Shown piece after piece: positions 14,227-28,069 of a stretch of DNA of 64,000 nucleotides. Each line of letters begins with the position of its first letter. Positions within the stretch are counted from its first letter, which is position 1. A program made the position numbers and the translations under genes. This stretch comes from Octopus vulgaris (Eukaryota), in NCBI GenBank assembly GCA_951406725.2, contig OX597835.1:23560001-23624000 (forward strand). The letters run 5' to 3'. Below the pieces are notes generated by a model. The model was not told the origin of the DNA. It saw only the letters and a list, made by a program, of their open reading frames with translations, and ran no database searches.

Positions 14227-14269
<43 letters not shown>

Positions 14270-14614
14270 TGTCTGTCTGTCTTTATATATATATATTTTA
14301 TTGTTAGCTCAAAGAATTGCACAATAGCATAGAAGAGTGTGTTAGCAATAAAGACATTGAAATGTTGCCCTAAAGATATTCAATTATCCAGATATTTCTG
14401 ACAAAATACTCTTTTATAAAGGGTTAGGGAAGCAGGAGAGAGAAAGAACTAGGTTAATGTGTTAAGCTTGTAAATATTTCTCCACAAAACTCCATATATT
14501 CTTACAAGTATGTTTTCTTTCTTTTTCCTTCTCATCCCACTCTTTGTAAGGAGTATTTCACTTGAAATATCAGGAGTATTAAATATTTTTAAGGTAACAA
14601 TAGCATGTATTTGC

Positions 14615-15025
14615 TCTTACTCTTTACTCTTTTACTTGTTTCAGTCATTTGACTGCAGCCATGCTGGAGCACCACCTTTAGTCGAGCAAATCGACTCCGG
14701 GACTTATTCTTTGTAAGCCCAGTACTTATTCTATCGGTCTCTTTTGCCGAACTGCTAAGTTACAGGGACGTAAACACACCAGCATCGGTTGTCAAGCAAT
14801 GCTAGGGGGACAAACACAGACACACAAACACACACATACATATATATATATATACTCATATACGACAGGCTTCTTTCAGTTTCCGTCTACCAAATCCACT
14901 CACAAGGCATTGGTCGGCCCGGGGCTATAGTAGAAGACACTTGCCCAAGGTAACACGCAGTGGGACTGAACCCGGAACCATGTGGTTGGTTAGCAAGCTA
15001 CTTACCACACAGCCACTCCTGCGCC
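14615..15025 (-). mobile_element. SINE family A copy
   Basis: Reverse complement of 384-780 over its full length. Confidence 0.85.
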
Positions 15026-15314
15026 TTGTTCATATTCATGTTTTAACGTCTAACTGCTTAGCTATAACCACCCAACACACTGTTTTTCTGTCTGTCCATC
15101 TTTCAATCTACTCTCCTCTTTCATTTTTTTCCCCTATCTTTCTTCCGATGAAGGACTAGCATCTGAAACGTCAAGACTGTTTCTTTCTTTTTAAGTGTTA
15201 AATAAATACAACGTTTGTTAAAATTTAACTTGTCCCTTTCATGTTGTCTTCTTCCTTTTTGTGTCCACTGCTTTCACAATATGTGTGTGTGCATATTATA
15301 TTATATTATATTAT

Positions 15315-15366
<52 letters not shown>

Positions 15367-15520
15367 TATATATACATACATATATATACATATATATACA
15401 TACATATATATACATATATATATATACATACATATATATAAATACACACACATACACACACACACATATATACACACACACACATATATATATATGTATG
15501 TATGTATATATGTGCACATA

Positions 15521-15556
<36 letters not shown>

Positions 15557-15852
15557 TAGTCAATATATACATAAACCTCAGAAGATACATTTTAGTTTGT
15601 GTAAGTTGCTCTGCAGCTAATCATAAATTAGTTGGGTCTATAATCAATGAATTTGCAAAATATATAACTAGAAAAAAAAATTAACCTCAAATATAGTCAC
15701 ATAAAGAAAATAAACATATAGTCACCTTTCAGGGCATCTAGATATGTCTGTAACTACCCCAGCTAATCAATGCATTCTCAATAAAAATTGGTAAGCAGAA
15801 ACTATTCAAAACCCTTTTAGATACCTTTATTCATCATTTGTTCATTCAGTGT

Positions 15853-16596
15853 ATAGGATTTGATCAATAAGTATCTAGACCGTTGCCATAGTAACGAAGC
15901 TAAAGCACACAGAGTGAAGCCGCTTGGCAAAATTTGACCTCGATCTCTGCTGTGCATGCACACTAAGTTTGAATGTTCTAGCACACTTCTGCTGTTTACA
16001 GCAATGCTTGGAAGGAAGGTGTGTAGTGTGTGATCGTCACATTGACCATGACAGAGAAAGTTGTCATGGCGATACCTGCTCAGAGGCCTATGCAAAGTAA
16101 CAGGAAGTGTATGGGATGAATGTATGAGCTGTACAGAAGTGTATGAGTGGTTCAAACATTTCTAAGATGGCTGAAAAAATGTTGATATTGACAAACGTTC
16201 TTGGAGACCTGCAACCAGCAGAACTGAGAAAAACATTGCAGCTGACCAAAGAGACACTGGGGTTTCAGTTGCACAAGATCTCCTTGATTGTGTGGAGAAT
16301 GATGAAAACTTTTTGAAAACTTTGCAAAGGCTTCTGAGCAGGTATCACCAATCTTTTCCCAAAATTTGATGCAGATTCTCTGCTCAACTTTCTCTGTCAT
16401 TGTCAATACAACAATCACACGCTACACACCTTCCTTCCAAGCACTGCTGTAAACAGCAGAAGTGAGCTAGAAAGTTAAAACTTTGTGCACATGCACAGCA
16501 GAGTTGGAGGTCAATCTGTGCCAAGCGGTTTCACTTTGCATGCTCTAGCTTTGTTACTATGGCAACAGTCTGGCTACGTATTGATCAGACCATGTA
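15853..16596. mobile_element. mariner-derived element made of two inverted 5' ends
   Basis: Diverged inverted arms of ~210 bp (~15853-16063 / ~16384-16596). Minus strand MTEKVEQRICIKFWEKIGDT matches a mariner N-terminal HTH region. Confidence 0.7.
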
Positions 16597-18429
16597 TGAG
16601 GCTTGAAAATGTCCGTGCATTATCTCATGCCAGCTGGTGCACATATATTAAGAGTGAACAGCCAAAGTACTTGGCACTTACTTAAGGACTTACCGATGAC
16701 ATATGCATGCACATACATGCACACATGCGCACATGAACACATGCACACTCATCGACTTTTACTAAATTTTATTGCAAGTCATGGACATGTATAAGACACA
16801 TGGTTGCGATACAAGCTTCATAACTACATGGCTACATGCATATATACATACATATCTGTCAGCTCCTCTTTGTCCCCAAGTAATGTTTATGCTAGCGCAT
16901 AAGACACACTTTTGTTATTCTTAAATCATCATCATCATCATCATCATCGTTTAACATCTGTTTTCCATGCTGGCATGGGTTGGACAGTTTGACAGCAGCT
17001 GGCCACTTTTTTATTCTTAAATGCTCACCATCATCCTCATCTTCATCATCATTTAACGCCCGTTTTCGAAGGTGACATGGGTTGGACAGTTTGACAGGAG
17101 CTGGTCAGCTGGGGAGCTGTCCAGATTCCAATTGTCTATTTTTGGCATTGTTTCTACAGAATGCCATCCAGCCACAGAAACTATGCTGAAACAGACAATT
17201 GGAGTATCTGCCCACCTCCTGTGAAACCATCCAACCCATGTCACCTTCAAAAATGGTTGTTAAATGATGATGATGAAGATGATGATAAATATAACAGAAT
17301 ATTGGTTTCAAATTTTGGTGCAATGGCAGCAATTTTAGGAGAGGGTTAACTCAATTACATCAACCCCAGTGTTTAAATGGTGCTTCTTTTATTGACCCTG
17401 AAGGGATGAAAGGTAAAGTCAACCTTGGCAAAATTTGAACTCAGAACATCAAGACAGAGGAAATACCACAAAGCATTTTGCCTGGTGTGCTAATGATTCT
17501 ACCAGCTCATCACCCTTAACCCTTTAGTTTTTAAACCAGCCATTTCCAGTCCAAATATTATACCTATTTTAAGTACAGACTGGCCATATTCAGCCTCTCA
17601 CACCTGCCCTGCAATGTCATACTAAAAATAAACTTTTGCATCATTGAAATCTCAAAACTATGAGATAAACCAGAATTAATTCAAAGCAATGTGAATAAAT
17701 AAACGTTACATTTGAGGGAATAATCTAAATGCAAAAAGGTTACACTAGCCATATCTAACCCAGATATTCCAACCTGTTTTGTGTTCAAACCAGCCAGATC
17801 TGGCCTGTCACACCTACCTTACAATGCCATTCTAATAATAAACAACCTCATCATTGAAATCTTGAAGCAATGAGATAATGCAGGATTAATTCAAAACAAT
17901 GTAAATAAATAAACATTATATTTGACAGAATAATCTGAATTCTTAAAGGGTTAGATATTTCAAAATTCAGTCATGTGGCCAATACAGACATATTACGGAT
18001 GCTATACTGAGTGTACAAGTGTACAGTGAAAGGTATTGAATTTGTTTTTTCCTACCAAATATGCCTCTAAACAGGAATATGTCTTATGCGAGAGCCCACC
18101 TCAAAAGACTACAAACATGGTATTTCTGTTTTTAATTTGTAGTTCTATGTGGAAAGGGTCGGTGAAGAAATGCCAGTGGCATGGTCTTGATTAGCATGGA
18201 TCCTGACTTGCCTGGAAGTGACCCAAGCACTGTGGTCTCAAAGACATTCTATGCAGCACATCTGAAATGTGTAATGCAGTATCGGACAACAAAGGTACAA
18301 TGGAGTGTTGTTTGTCAGCACTGGCTTGGCTTAGGCTGCACTTTCTTAGTCAATCCATCTGGCAATGCCCTCTTCTGCCAGATCAATCATTGACATATGT
18401 ATATATCATCATCATCATTATCATATATA

Positions 18430-19232
18430 TCTCTATATATAAAACTGAAATGCGTTTTTACCGCTTGGATCGCTTTCAATGCCACTACATCCCGTCCGAT
18501 TCGCTCCAAAATTTACAGGGACATGTAGAATGAGGTGATGATGCCCGTGAGCTACCTTAGAAATCCCTATATTAAAAGGTGTGGTTGCTAGGGGCCATCT
18601 TCCTCACTCACGCTATTTCCTCCATTACCCTCTCACTCCCCTTCATCTATAACTTTGACAAACCCACTACCGTTATTTAAAGTATCTGTCTTCCTAAAAT
18701 CAATCTCGCTATTTCCTCTCTTTTTCACTCACTCTGCTTCCTGCCTTCCTATCACTTCGGCGTTCTTTTATGTATCTGTCTGTCACCAACACATACGAGC
18801 GTGAGAACAAATATTATGAATCAGATATCCTTGCGTTCATTTATATGTGTGTGTGTGTGTGTGTGTTCTATATATAAATATGTATATATAATGTATATGT
18901 GTGTGTGTGTGTTCTATATATAAATATGTATATATAATGTATATATACAAAGTGTATATATCTGTATTTATGTATATTAAACTTTTTCATACTTTTTCAT
19001 AGTTATATATATTTTTAAACAAATTATAAATACAATTTAATAATTTTTATTTTCAATTTAAATAATTTAAATTTTTCAATTTTATATTTTATATATTTTC
19101 TATATTATGTGTTTTTTTTATGTTTTTGTTTTTGGTTTTTCACTGTTTGATATGCCTATTAGTGGTTTTATCTCTAATTTAATTTATACAGATATATATC
19201 TCATTTGTATACATTTGTATATATAATGCGTG

Positions 19233-19294
<62 letters not shown>

Positions 19295-20470
19295 GTGTGC
19301 ATTACGTAGTCGGTCGATTCAGCTGAAAATATGCACACCTATGTTAAAAGTGCTGGCAAGTTTGCATGACAACTATTTTTTTCCTCAAATGAAAGGCGTC
19401 ACCTCTAGGACAAAATTCCTCATCTTATAAAATGTGGCCCCAGTAGACCCGAATGAAATCGGGTTATATTAACCAAAATGTGAAAAGGGGTCTAAATGGG
19501 GCTGGAAGGGGATTAAAATTTCAAGGAGCGGGTGTTTAGCAATTCTCTGTTACATCAAGCTAAAAGATTTGCGCCAGCCTTTTAATCGTCAATGTGTTGC
19601 TGTCCATGATAAAGAAGTTTTGAATGCTTGCCATGGTGAGTCTACTGTCGTGAGAAAGAATCACTTCAAAACTTGGTGTTTACGAATTTTCTTTTACATC
19701 AAGTTCAAAATTTTACGCCAGCCGTTAAACTGTCAATACGTTGCTGTCCGTCGTTAAGAAATGCCAGCCATGGTGACTCTACTATCCTCAGATTCTATCC
19801 CTTCAAACTTTGGTTTCCAATATTTTATTATTTTTATTCAGCTCGCAAGTTCGTCTGTCCCTTTTAAATGTTAGCGTTTTGCTGTCTGCCTTGAAGCAGA
19901 CCTTTCCGTTGCCACTGCCTGATATTTATGATTGATCTTTCTAAATATTTTATTTCTCAACTTACTCAAGATCTTCTGTTGTTTATAAATGGGAGAGAGA
20001 TAGATAAAGATAGAGAGTAAGAGAAAGCGAGGGAGAGTCCGAGAGAAAAGAAAAGTAAGAGAGTGGGAAAGTGAGAGAAAGGAGAGAGAAACAAAGAGGG
20101 AGAATCATCATCATCGTTTAACGTCCGTTTTCCGTCCTAGCACGGGTTGGACAGTGTGACCGGGGTCTGGGAAGCCAGGAGGCTGCACCAGGCTCCAGTC
20201 TGATCTGGCAGTGTTTCTACAGGTGGATGACCTTCCTAACGCCAACCACTCTGTGAGTGTAGTGGGTGCTTTTTTCGCGCCGCCGGCACAGGTGCCAGGG
20301 GGGCTCGCAGCGGCAACGATCGGTTGGTACTTTTTACGTGCCACCGGCACAGAAGCCAGTCAAGGCGGCGCTGCAATCGGCCACGTTCGGATGGTGCTTT
20401 TTACGTGCTGAAAGGAAGCAACAGAAAGTAACAACCACACTCTTACCCGCGCGTAGAGCGGGTCACCTTC
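18430..20470 (+). mobile_element. Possible non-autonomous Helitron-like element with a nested RTE fragment
   Basis: Starts tctctatatataaaa. GC hairpin acccgc-gcgtaga-gcgggt at 20445-20463. No canonical CTAG end. Confidence 0.3.
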
Positions 20471-20477
20471 AGCAAAA

Positions 20478-20512
<35 letters not shown>

Positions 20513-20740
20513 TATATACACATATATATATGAATATAAATACATATATATATAAATACATATATAAATATATATATATATAAATGTAGATATAGATATA
20601 AATATATATATATATTGATATAAATATAATAAATGTATATATAAATATATATATATAGATTTATATATATAGATATAAATATAGATATAAATATATATAA
20701 ATATATATATATATACAAAAATATGTGTGTGTGTGTGTAT

Positions 20741-20778
<38 letters not shown>

Positions 20779-20994
20779 GAGTAGGCATGGCTGTGTGGTA
20801 AGAAGCTTGCTTCCTAACCACATGGTTCGGGGTTCAATCCTACTGCATGGCACCTTAGGCAGGTGTCTTCTGCTGTAGAGCTCAGAATAAGTACTAGGCT
20901 TACAAAGAATATGTCCTGTGGTCAATTTCTGTGACTAAAACTCCTTAAGGCGGTGCTCCAGCAAGGCCGCAGTAAAATGACTGAAACCAGTTAA

Positions 20995-21057
<63 letters not shown>

Positions 21058-22629
21058 TACACAGGCTGAAGAAGAAGGTTGTGCCCATAGCCTACTCCAT
21101 GCAGACAGCATCAGTGATCTATCATCCACACAGACCATATTTGTATACTACCACCACCACCACAGAAACCACCACTACCACAACAACCACCACCACCACC
21201 ACCACCACCTCCAATACTACCATAGTTTTAGGTGATGCATGATAATGACGTACTGCTGTCATCTAACATTGGTTGCCACAGGAACTGTTGTTAAGACATC
21301 TCAGTAGCTGTCCAATTAGTGTTGCTATGGAAATTAGAACAGGTGGTACAGGTATTATTAGTCTACCTGTGTTTCGTTAATTAACAGGAAGTCGTCACTA
21401 GAATAGACTTAGAGTTACTTTCATGCATCAGGAGATACTTTTTGTTGTTTTTTTTAATAATGAATAAAGAAATAAATGAATACATCTTTAGGCAATGAAT
21501 GTGACAACAGGTATGTATGTATGTGTGTATGTGTGTGTGTATGTATGTGTGTGTGTGTGTGTATGTATGTATGTGTGTGTGTGTGTATGTATGCATGTGT
21601 GTGTGTATGTATGTGTGTGTATATGTGTATGTATGTGTGTATGTATGTATCTATGTATGCATGTGTGTATGTATGTATGTGTGTATGTGTGTGTATGTAT
21701 GTATGCATGTATATATGTATGTATGTATGTATCTATGTATGTATGTGTGTGTGTGTATGTATGTATGTATGTACGTGTGTGTGTATATGTATATATATAT
21801 ACACATATATAAATACATCGACTGACCCCCCCCCCCACGAATTTCAGGCCTTGTGCCTATAGTAGAAAGGATTATTATTATTCTATGTTTGACTGTTGCT
21901 TTATGTTTGTACAAGTTGGCTCCAAGTCTCACCCAGAGACCTCAAGAGACAACAGGTTGGAAGTTCACATTGTTGTTATTATTATTATGATTATTATTAT
22001 TATTATTATTATTATTATCATCATCAAGATGGCAAGCTGGCAGAATCATTAGCACATCAGGCAAAATGCTTGGCGGTATTTCACTCATCGCTACATTCTC
22101 AGTTCAAATTTAATTGAGATCGACTTTGCCTTTCATCCTTTCGGGGGTCAATAAATTAAGTACCAGTTATGTACTGGAGTTGATGTAATTGACTAGCCCC
22201 TCCCTACAAAATTTCAGGCCTTGTGCCTAGAGTAGAAATGATTATTATTATTATTAAGGCAGTGAGCTGGCAGAATCGTTAGCATACTGGACGAAATGCT
22301 TAGTGGAATTTTGCTCATCCCTACATTCTGAGTTCAAATTCCATTAAGGTCGACTTTGCCTTTTATCCTTTCTGGGTTGATAAATTATGTACCAGTTACA
22401 TACTGGAGTAGATCTAACTGACCGCCCCCCCCCTGCAAATTTCATTAATTATCATTATATTTGTACATTTTCATCCATCATTGTGTTCTTTGTTCAAATT
22501 TCACCAAGGTCGACTTTGCCTTTCTTTCTTTCAGGGTCGATAAAATAAACACCATTTGAATACTAGGGGTCAGTGTAATTGACTGTCCCCTTCCAACAAA
22601 TTTCAGGCCTTATGCCTATAGAACAAAAG

Positions 22630-22685
<56 letters not shown>

Positions 22686-22687
<2 letters not shown>

Positions 22688-23049
22688 TATGTTTGGCTCC
22701 AAGTCTCACCCAGAGACCTCAAGAGACAACAGGTTGGAAGTTCATGTTGTTGTTATGCCTAGTGTGCCATATATTTGGGGGGGTTTTTTTGTGTTGTACT
22801 AGTGAATGTCTAAAAAAAAAACGAAAATTATGTTTGTTTTAAACTTTGAGATTACATAGAAAGTATTTTGTGTAGGATATGAGCAGTTCCCATGAGCACT
22901 ATCTTTTGAATTTCTGCCATTTTTGGGTTTCCTGGTATCTGAGTTAGGTAGCAATCAGCCTCTTTCGCTATCATTCCCAGGGCACCTATGACAACAGGTA
23001 TTGTTTTAGTCTTCAGGTTCCACATTTTGCTGATTTCTATTTCAAGATC
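22686..23049 (-). mobile_element. Dong/R4-like (RLE-type) LINE 3' end abutting (TAA)n
   Basis: Minus strand DLEIEISKMWNLKTKTIPVVIGALG...EIQKIVLMGTAHILHKIL*, a C-terminus typical of restriction-like-endonuclease LINEs. The 3' end joins a (TAA)n tract. A shorter copy of the tail lies at ~21885-21978. Confidence 0.75.
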
Positions 23050-23115
23050 ATCATCATCATCATCATCATCATCAACATCACCATCACCATCACCATCACC
23101 ACCACCACCACCACC

Positions 23116-23149
<34 letters not shown>

Positions 23150-23936
23150 TCATTATTATTATTTGTACATCAACCAAATCAGATAAAACCAACAATGGAA
23201 ACGTAATGTTTCTACGCTTGTTCATTTTGGGGATGAAGTGTTTCAGAAGGACATTCAAAGCATTTTCGTTGCCCTCTTCTCCACCAAAAAAATTTTAGGA
23301 GTTGTGCAAGTACCCACTGCATTCTCTGTTCCCAAGCCTATGGGATTGTTGTCTGTTGACGAAGCAAATCACAAGTTTGTGGTCTCTGTGTGGCTGAACA
23401 GTTTGAACTGTGGACATCCTACATTATCCCTATCTGCTTTGTCTTAACAAAATAATCCGAATACATACTATCTGAATGGCTCAGTGTGGTTATGCTATGT
23501 CCACACTGGAACACCAGGGAAATACAGTCAGTATCTGTTAAATAGTTGGAAACTTGTGAGAAGTTGGATCCGACTGTCACATTGAATGAGGTGTTGGTGG
23601 TGGAGAAGGCACCAACTGTTTCAATATCAAAACCTTTGATTTGCACCATTTACAGTCATCAGCCTAGGAAACTCCTCTCTGTATCCCTTTGTGCTTTCAC
23701 TGTATCTGTTGAATCCACAGTGAATGTGATAGCAGCAATATTTATGGTGGTGGTGGCAGCGGTGGTGGCGGCGGCAGAGAGGAGGAGGAGGAGGGAGAGC
23801 TACCATTTGCAAAGATTGTGAAAGCCGTATTGTTGTTATTATTGTACTGTATTTCCCTCAAGACTACAAACTTTGGAAAGTCCCTACCATTCTTGTTGTT
23901 GCTTCTGTTCTTTTTGTCTTTATTTTCCTCTGTTGC

Positions 23937-23967
<31 letters not shown>

Positions 23968-24588
23968 GGTGGAGTTGCTGTTATCTTTATTTGACTTTGA
24001 TTTTGTTGTCATGACACTGTTATCCGTTCCATTTGTTGCCTCAAGAATGACTGATGTAATAAAAAAAAATGCATCTTTTCTTTTCTCAGTTTTTCAAAAA
24101 CTTTCTCATTAAATTCAATATTGTCACAAAATGATTTGATGCCATTATTTTTTGCCTCAAGAGAAAATTAAGATTTCATAGACTCAAAGAAATTCAAAGT
24201 GTCTGATACTGCTATAGGGGTGTTATGTAAAAACAACACCCAGATGAAGCATAGGCACCCCACTTTATGATAGTGGGATTGGGGGAGAATCTGGAAAACA
24301 GGCACCCAAGAGGATGGGAAATAATAAAATTCAGCATACCTTCTTGTTCCACAATAAACAACCCTTTTTATTATAGGCACAAGGCCTGAAATTTGTGGGG
24401 AGAGATAAGTCAGTTATATCAACCCCAGTATTGAACTGGTACTTAATTTGTCAACCTTGAAAGGATGAAAGGAAAAGTTAACCTAAGCAGAATTTGAACT
24501 CAGAACATAGTGACAGACGAAATACTGCTCAGCATTTTGCCTGGTGTCCTATTGACTCTGCCAGCTCACCACCTTATGTTCCACAATA

Positions 24589-24590
<2 letters not shown>

Positions 24591-24669
<79 letters not shown>
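24591..24669. repeat. (TAA)n microsatellite
   Basis: Directly visible. Confidence 0.95.
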
Positions 24670-26191
24670 CCTTTCTACTATAGGTACAAAGCCTGAAAAT
24701 TATTTTTTGAACCAGTTGAAGACAGACAAGATGTCGAAATATCGTTCACTAGATAACAATGGCACTCTTCTTTTAATTTTGATAATGATCATAACAATAA
24801 TCCTTTCTACTATAGGCGCAAGATCTGGAATTTTGGGAGAGGGGTGGGCTAGTAAATTTCATCGACCCCAGTACTTGACTGGTACTTGTTTTATCAACCC
24901 TGAAAGAATGAAAGGCAAAGTTGACCTCAACAAAATTTGAACTCATAATGAGTCAGAAAAGTAATAAGCATTTCGTCCGACATGCTAATGACTTTACTAG
25001 TTTGTCACCTTTAAAATTCAACACAGATTATTAATGTAAAAATAGTATTTGAATGAAGTTCTGATTGTTTCGTTTTAACTAATTGATTGAGATTTCAACA
25101 AAAAGCTGAAAAGTGTTCTAATGGAAGATTTGTGGTTTTTGTTATACATTTTGCAGTTGAAGTACTACAAGAACATCTGACTAACTCTTTTGATACTAAC
25201 CTGCCTGAAACCACCTCTGGATCTGTAGTACAAATGTCTTGTAATTCAAAAATTTTGAATTAAAATCTTCCACAAAACCCTAGTCACAATTTATGTTCCT
25301 AACACTAGCTTAATGATAACTAAGTTATTTTACTAAATTCTGGTATATTTAAAATTAATTGAAAGAAACACAGAACATCTCGACAGAAATATGGTAACAG
25401 AAGAGTTAAACAGTTTCAAGTAACAAAAACTACGGAACTGATTAGTTTCCCTTGAAACTGGTAGAATTTAGAATTCTTGTTGCCACATAATCAGATAATG
25501 TGAGGATCTACTGGAACGGGCAACAATCTCATTAGTTCTATTTAATTCAGTAATTCCACAAGGAACATAGCTTTCATAAAAAAGGCCACAGGCTACTGAA
25601 GCTTTGAATAAGATGATAATTGAAGAAATAGATGGATTTATTGCAGTTAAATTCAATGATGCTTGTTCAGAATTTAGAACATTTTGTTGAAGGTGTACTG
25701 CAAGGAGGTTTCTTTGATCAATAACTGTTGTAATGTTATAATATCATGTCACCGACCAGACTCTCAGATGCTGTTACACATCGCAGTTCACAATGCACTT
25801 TGCATCATTTTAACCTTTGAATGATGCCACCCTACTGGCTGGGTGAGTGGACCATCCTTTACCCCTGATGGAAAGGAGGACTGGAGCAACATGAAATGAA
25901 GTATTTTGCTCAAAAACACAGTGCACTACCCAGTCTAGGAATTGAACCTATGATTTAGCATTCGTGAGTGCAACAGCCTAACCACTAGGCCAACCATGCA
26001 CCTTAACAATGTTATAATTACCACTTTTTTTGTCTGATATATTTTTTTTTGTTTTAATAAAAAAATTTTTTTCCTGAATGAAAAGGTATCAAAATGGGTG
26101 CTATAATTTTGCTTCATCTTGTATTTTTTTATTATTTTTAGGCAGGATCTGGCCTGACTTGACCTGATCTGTAACTGATGTCAGCATTAAG

Positions 26192-26855
26192 ATGGGGAAG
26201 AGAGGAGGGAAAAAGAGAAATACAAATAAGAAATTTCCGGAAACAGTTCAGTTTCATTTCTTGGAGAACCAGGAAGTTATCGACAAAATTGGAACACAGT
26301 TCCGAATTATGTTCATCATGAGAGGTTTACCAGGATCTGGGAAATCAACATTGGCCAAAAGCATCACTGATCTCTATCCCAATACTGTCGTCTGTTCCTC
26401 TGACCATTTCCTCATGGAGAATGACATTTACAGTTGGACGCCAGAGAAACGTAACTTTGGCCACAAGTATTGTTTAGAACTGGCTTCACGGAGTTGTGAA
26501 ATGAAATGTCCAATTATTGTAATTGATAATACAAACATTCAGAAAAAAGAAGTTAAAGTTTATACTGACATGGCTTCTAAATATGGTTATATCACTATTC
26601 TGGTAACCCCAAATACACCCTGGAATTTTGATGCTTTCCAACTCGAGAAGCGCTGCTCTCATGGAGTCCCTTTACATACAATACAGTACAAACTTACACT
26701 GTATGATGAAATCACACCAAATTTCTATGCCTGGTTTCTATCCCAGGAAGATGCCAACCGCATCACTGAAATGGCTTTAGAATTGTTCTTTCAGTCCTTG
26801 AAAGAAATTCCAGAATTTTCTCTCCAGTTATTGGCAATGTATGATACAGAGACAG
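26192..26855 (+). CDS. CNPase-like protein, coding exon 1: P-loop polynucleotide-kinase-like (AAA_33/N4BP2-like) domain and start of the 2H domain
   Basis: ATG at 26192. Translation has Walker A RGLPGSGKST, CSSDHF and Walker-B-like IVIDNTN, then TPW..RCSHGVP and FYAWFLS (cf. vertebrate CNPase YFGWFL). Donor CAG|GTCAGT at 26855/26856. 664 nt, phase 1. An upstream acceptor (tttttag at 26141, or gcag at 26145) implies an earlier non-coding exon. Confidence 0.9.
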
Positions 26856-27210
26856 GTCAGTTCTTAAAGTTTTATTCCTTTTTTACCTTTCTTCACCAAA
26901 CCATATTTATGGCTTACCATCCTGTCAGTAGAAAGCTGAAGAAAACACATCGGCCTATTTTAAATTCAATTACATTTACACGTATCATTGCTTTATTGAC
27001 CTTAAAAAATATTTTCCCCCTTTTTTTTCTTCCCATTTTTCTTCCTTAAAGGTGCAGGTATGGCTGTGTGGTTAAGAAGCTCACTAGGCAACCACTTGGT
27101 TTCATGTTCAGTCCCACTGCATGGCATCTTGGACAAATGTTTTCTATACTTAATCTCAGGCTGACCAATGTTTTGTGAGTGATTTTGATAGATGGAAAAT
27201 TGAAGCCCAT

Positions 27211-27278
<68 letters not shown>

Positions 27279-27290
27279 TGTATGTATGTA

Positions 27291-27347
<57 letters not shown>

Positions 27348-27556
27348 ATATATGTATGTATGTATGTATATTTGAAAAAATGAATAGAAATTGCTCTTCT
27401 GATCATTTTCCCACTTTAATAATTAGATGTTCATAAGTTGTTAGGTGTTTACAAAAGTTATTGAAGTGGAAAAATTATCAGAAAAGCAATTCCTATTAAT
27501 TTTTTTCAAATATATAATACTGTACCAAGGACTTCCTATTTCTAATTCTACTATAG

Positions 27557-27597
<41 letters not shown>

Positions 27598-28069
27598 TAT
27601 ATTGAGTCAAATAAAATCAAAATCAAAAGCAAACCAAGATTGAAATCAAAATGGAAATTGTAGTTGTGCACATAATAAGCACCATCCAAATGTGACCAAT
27701 GTCAGTCCCCGCCCCAACTAGCTCCTGGGCCAGTAGCATGTAAAAAGCACCATCTGAATGTGGTCAATGCCAGTACTACCTGACTGGCTCCCGTGCCAGT
27801 GGAATGTAAAAAGCACCCACTGCACTCTCAGAGTGGTTGTCAGATCAGATTGGAGCCTGGTGCAGCCTTCTGGCTTGACAGTCCCCAGTCAAACCATTGA
27901 GCCCAAGCCAGCATGGAAAACAGACGTTAAATGACGCTGATGCTGCCGATGACGAATTAATGAATGAATGAACAAAATGAGAAAACAAGAGTAGCAAGTT
28001 TTCAAACGGCCGTTATTATTTTCACGCTTGCTTGAAAAGAGACAGGAAAAATTAAACCTAAGAAGCATC

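Noticed and set aside
26856-27049. C-terminal ~63 aa of the 285-aa ORF
   Set aside because: Read-through into the intron. Homology continues in phase at 37520 after a good donor site.
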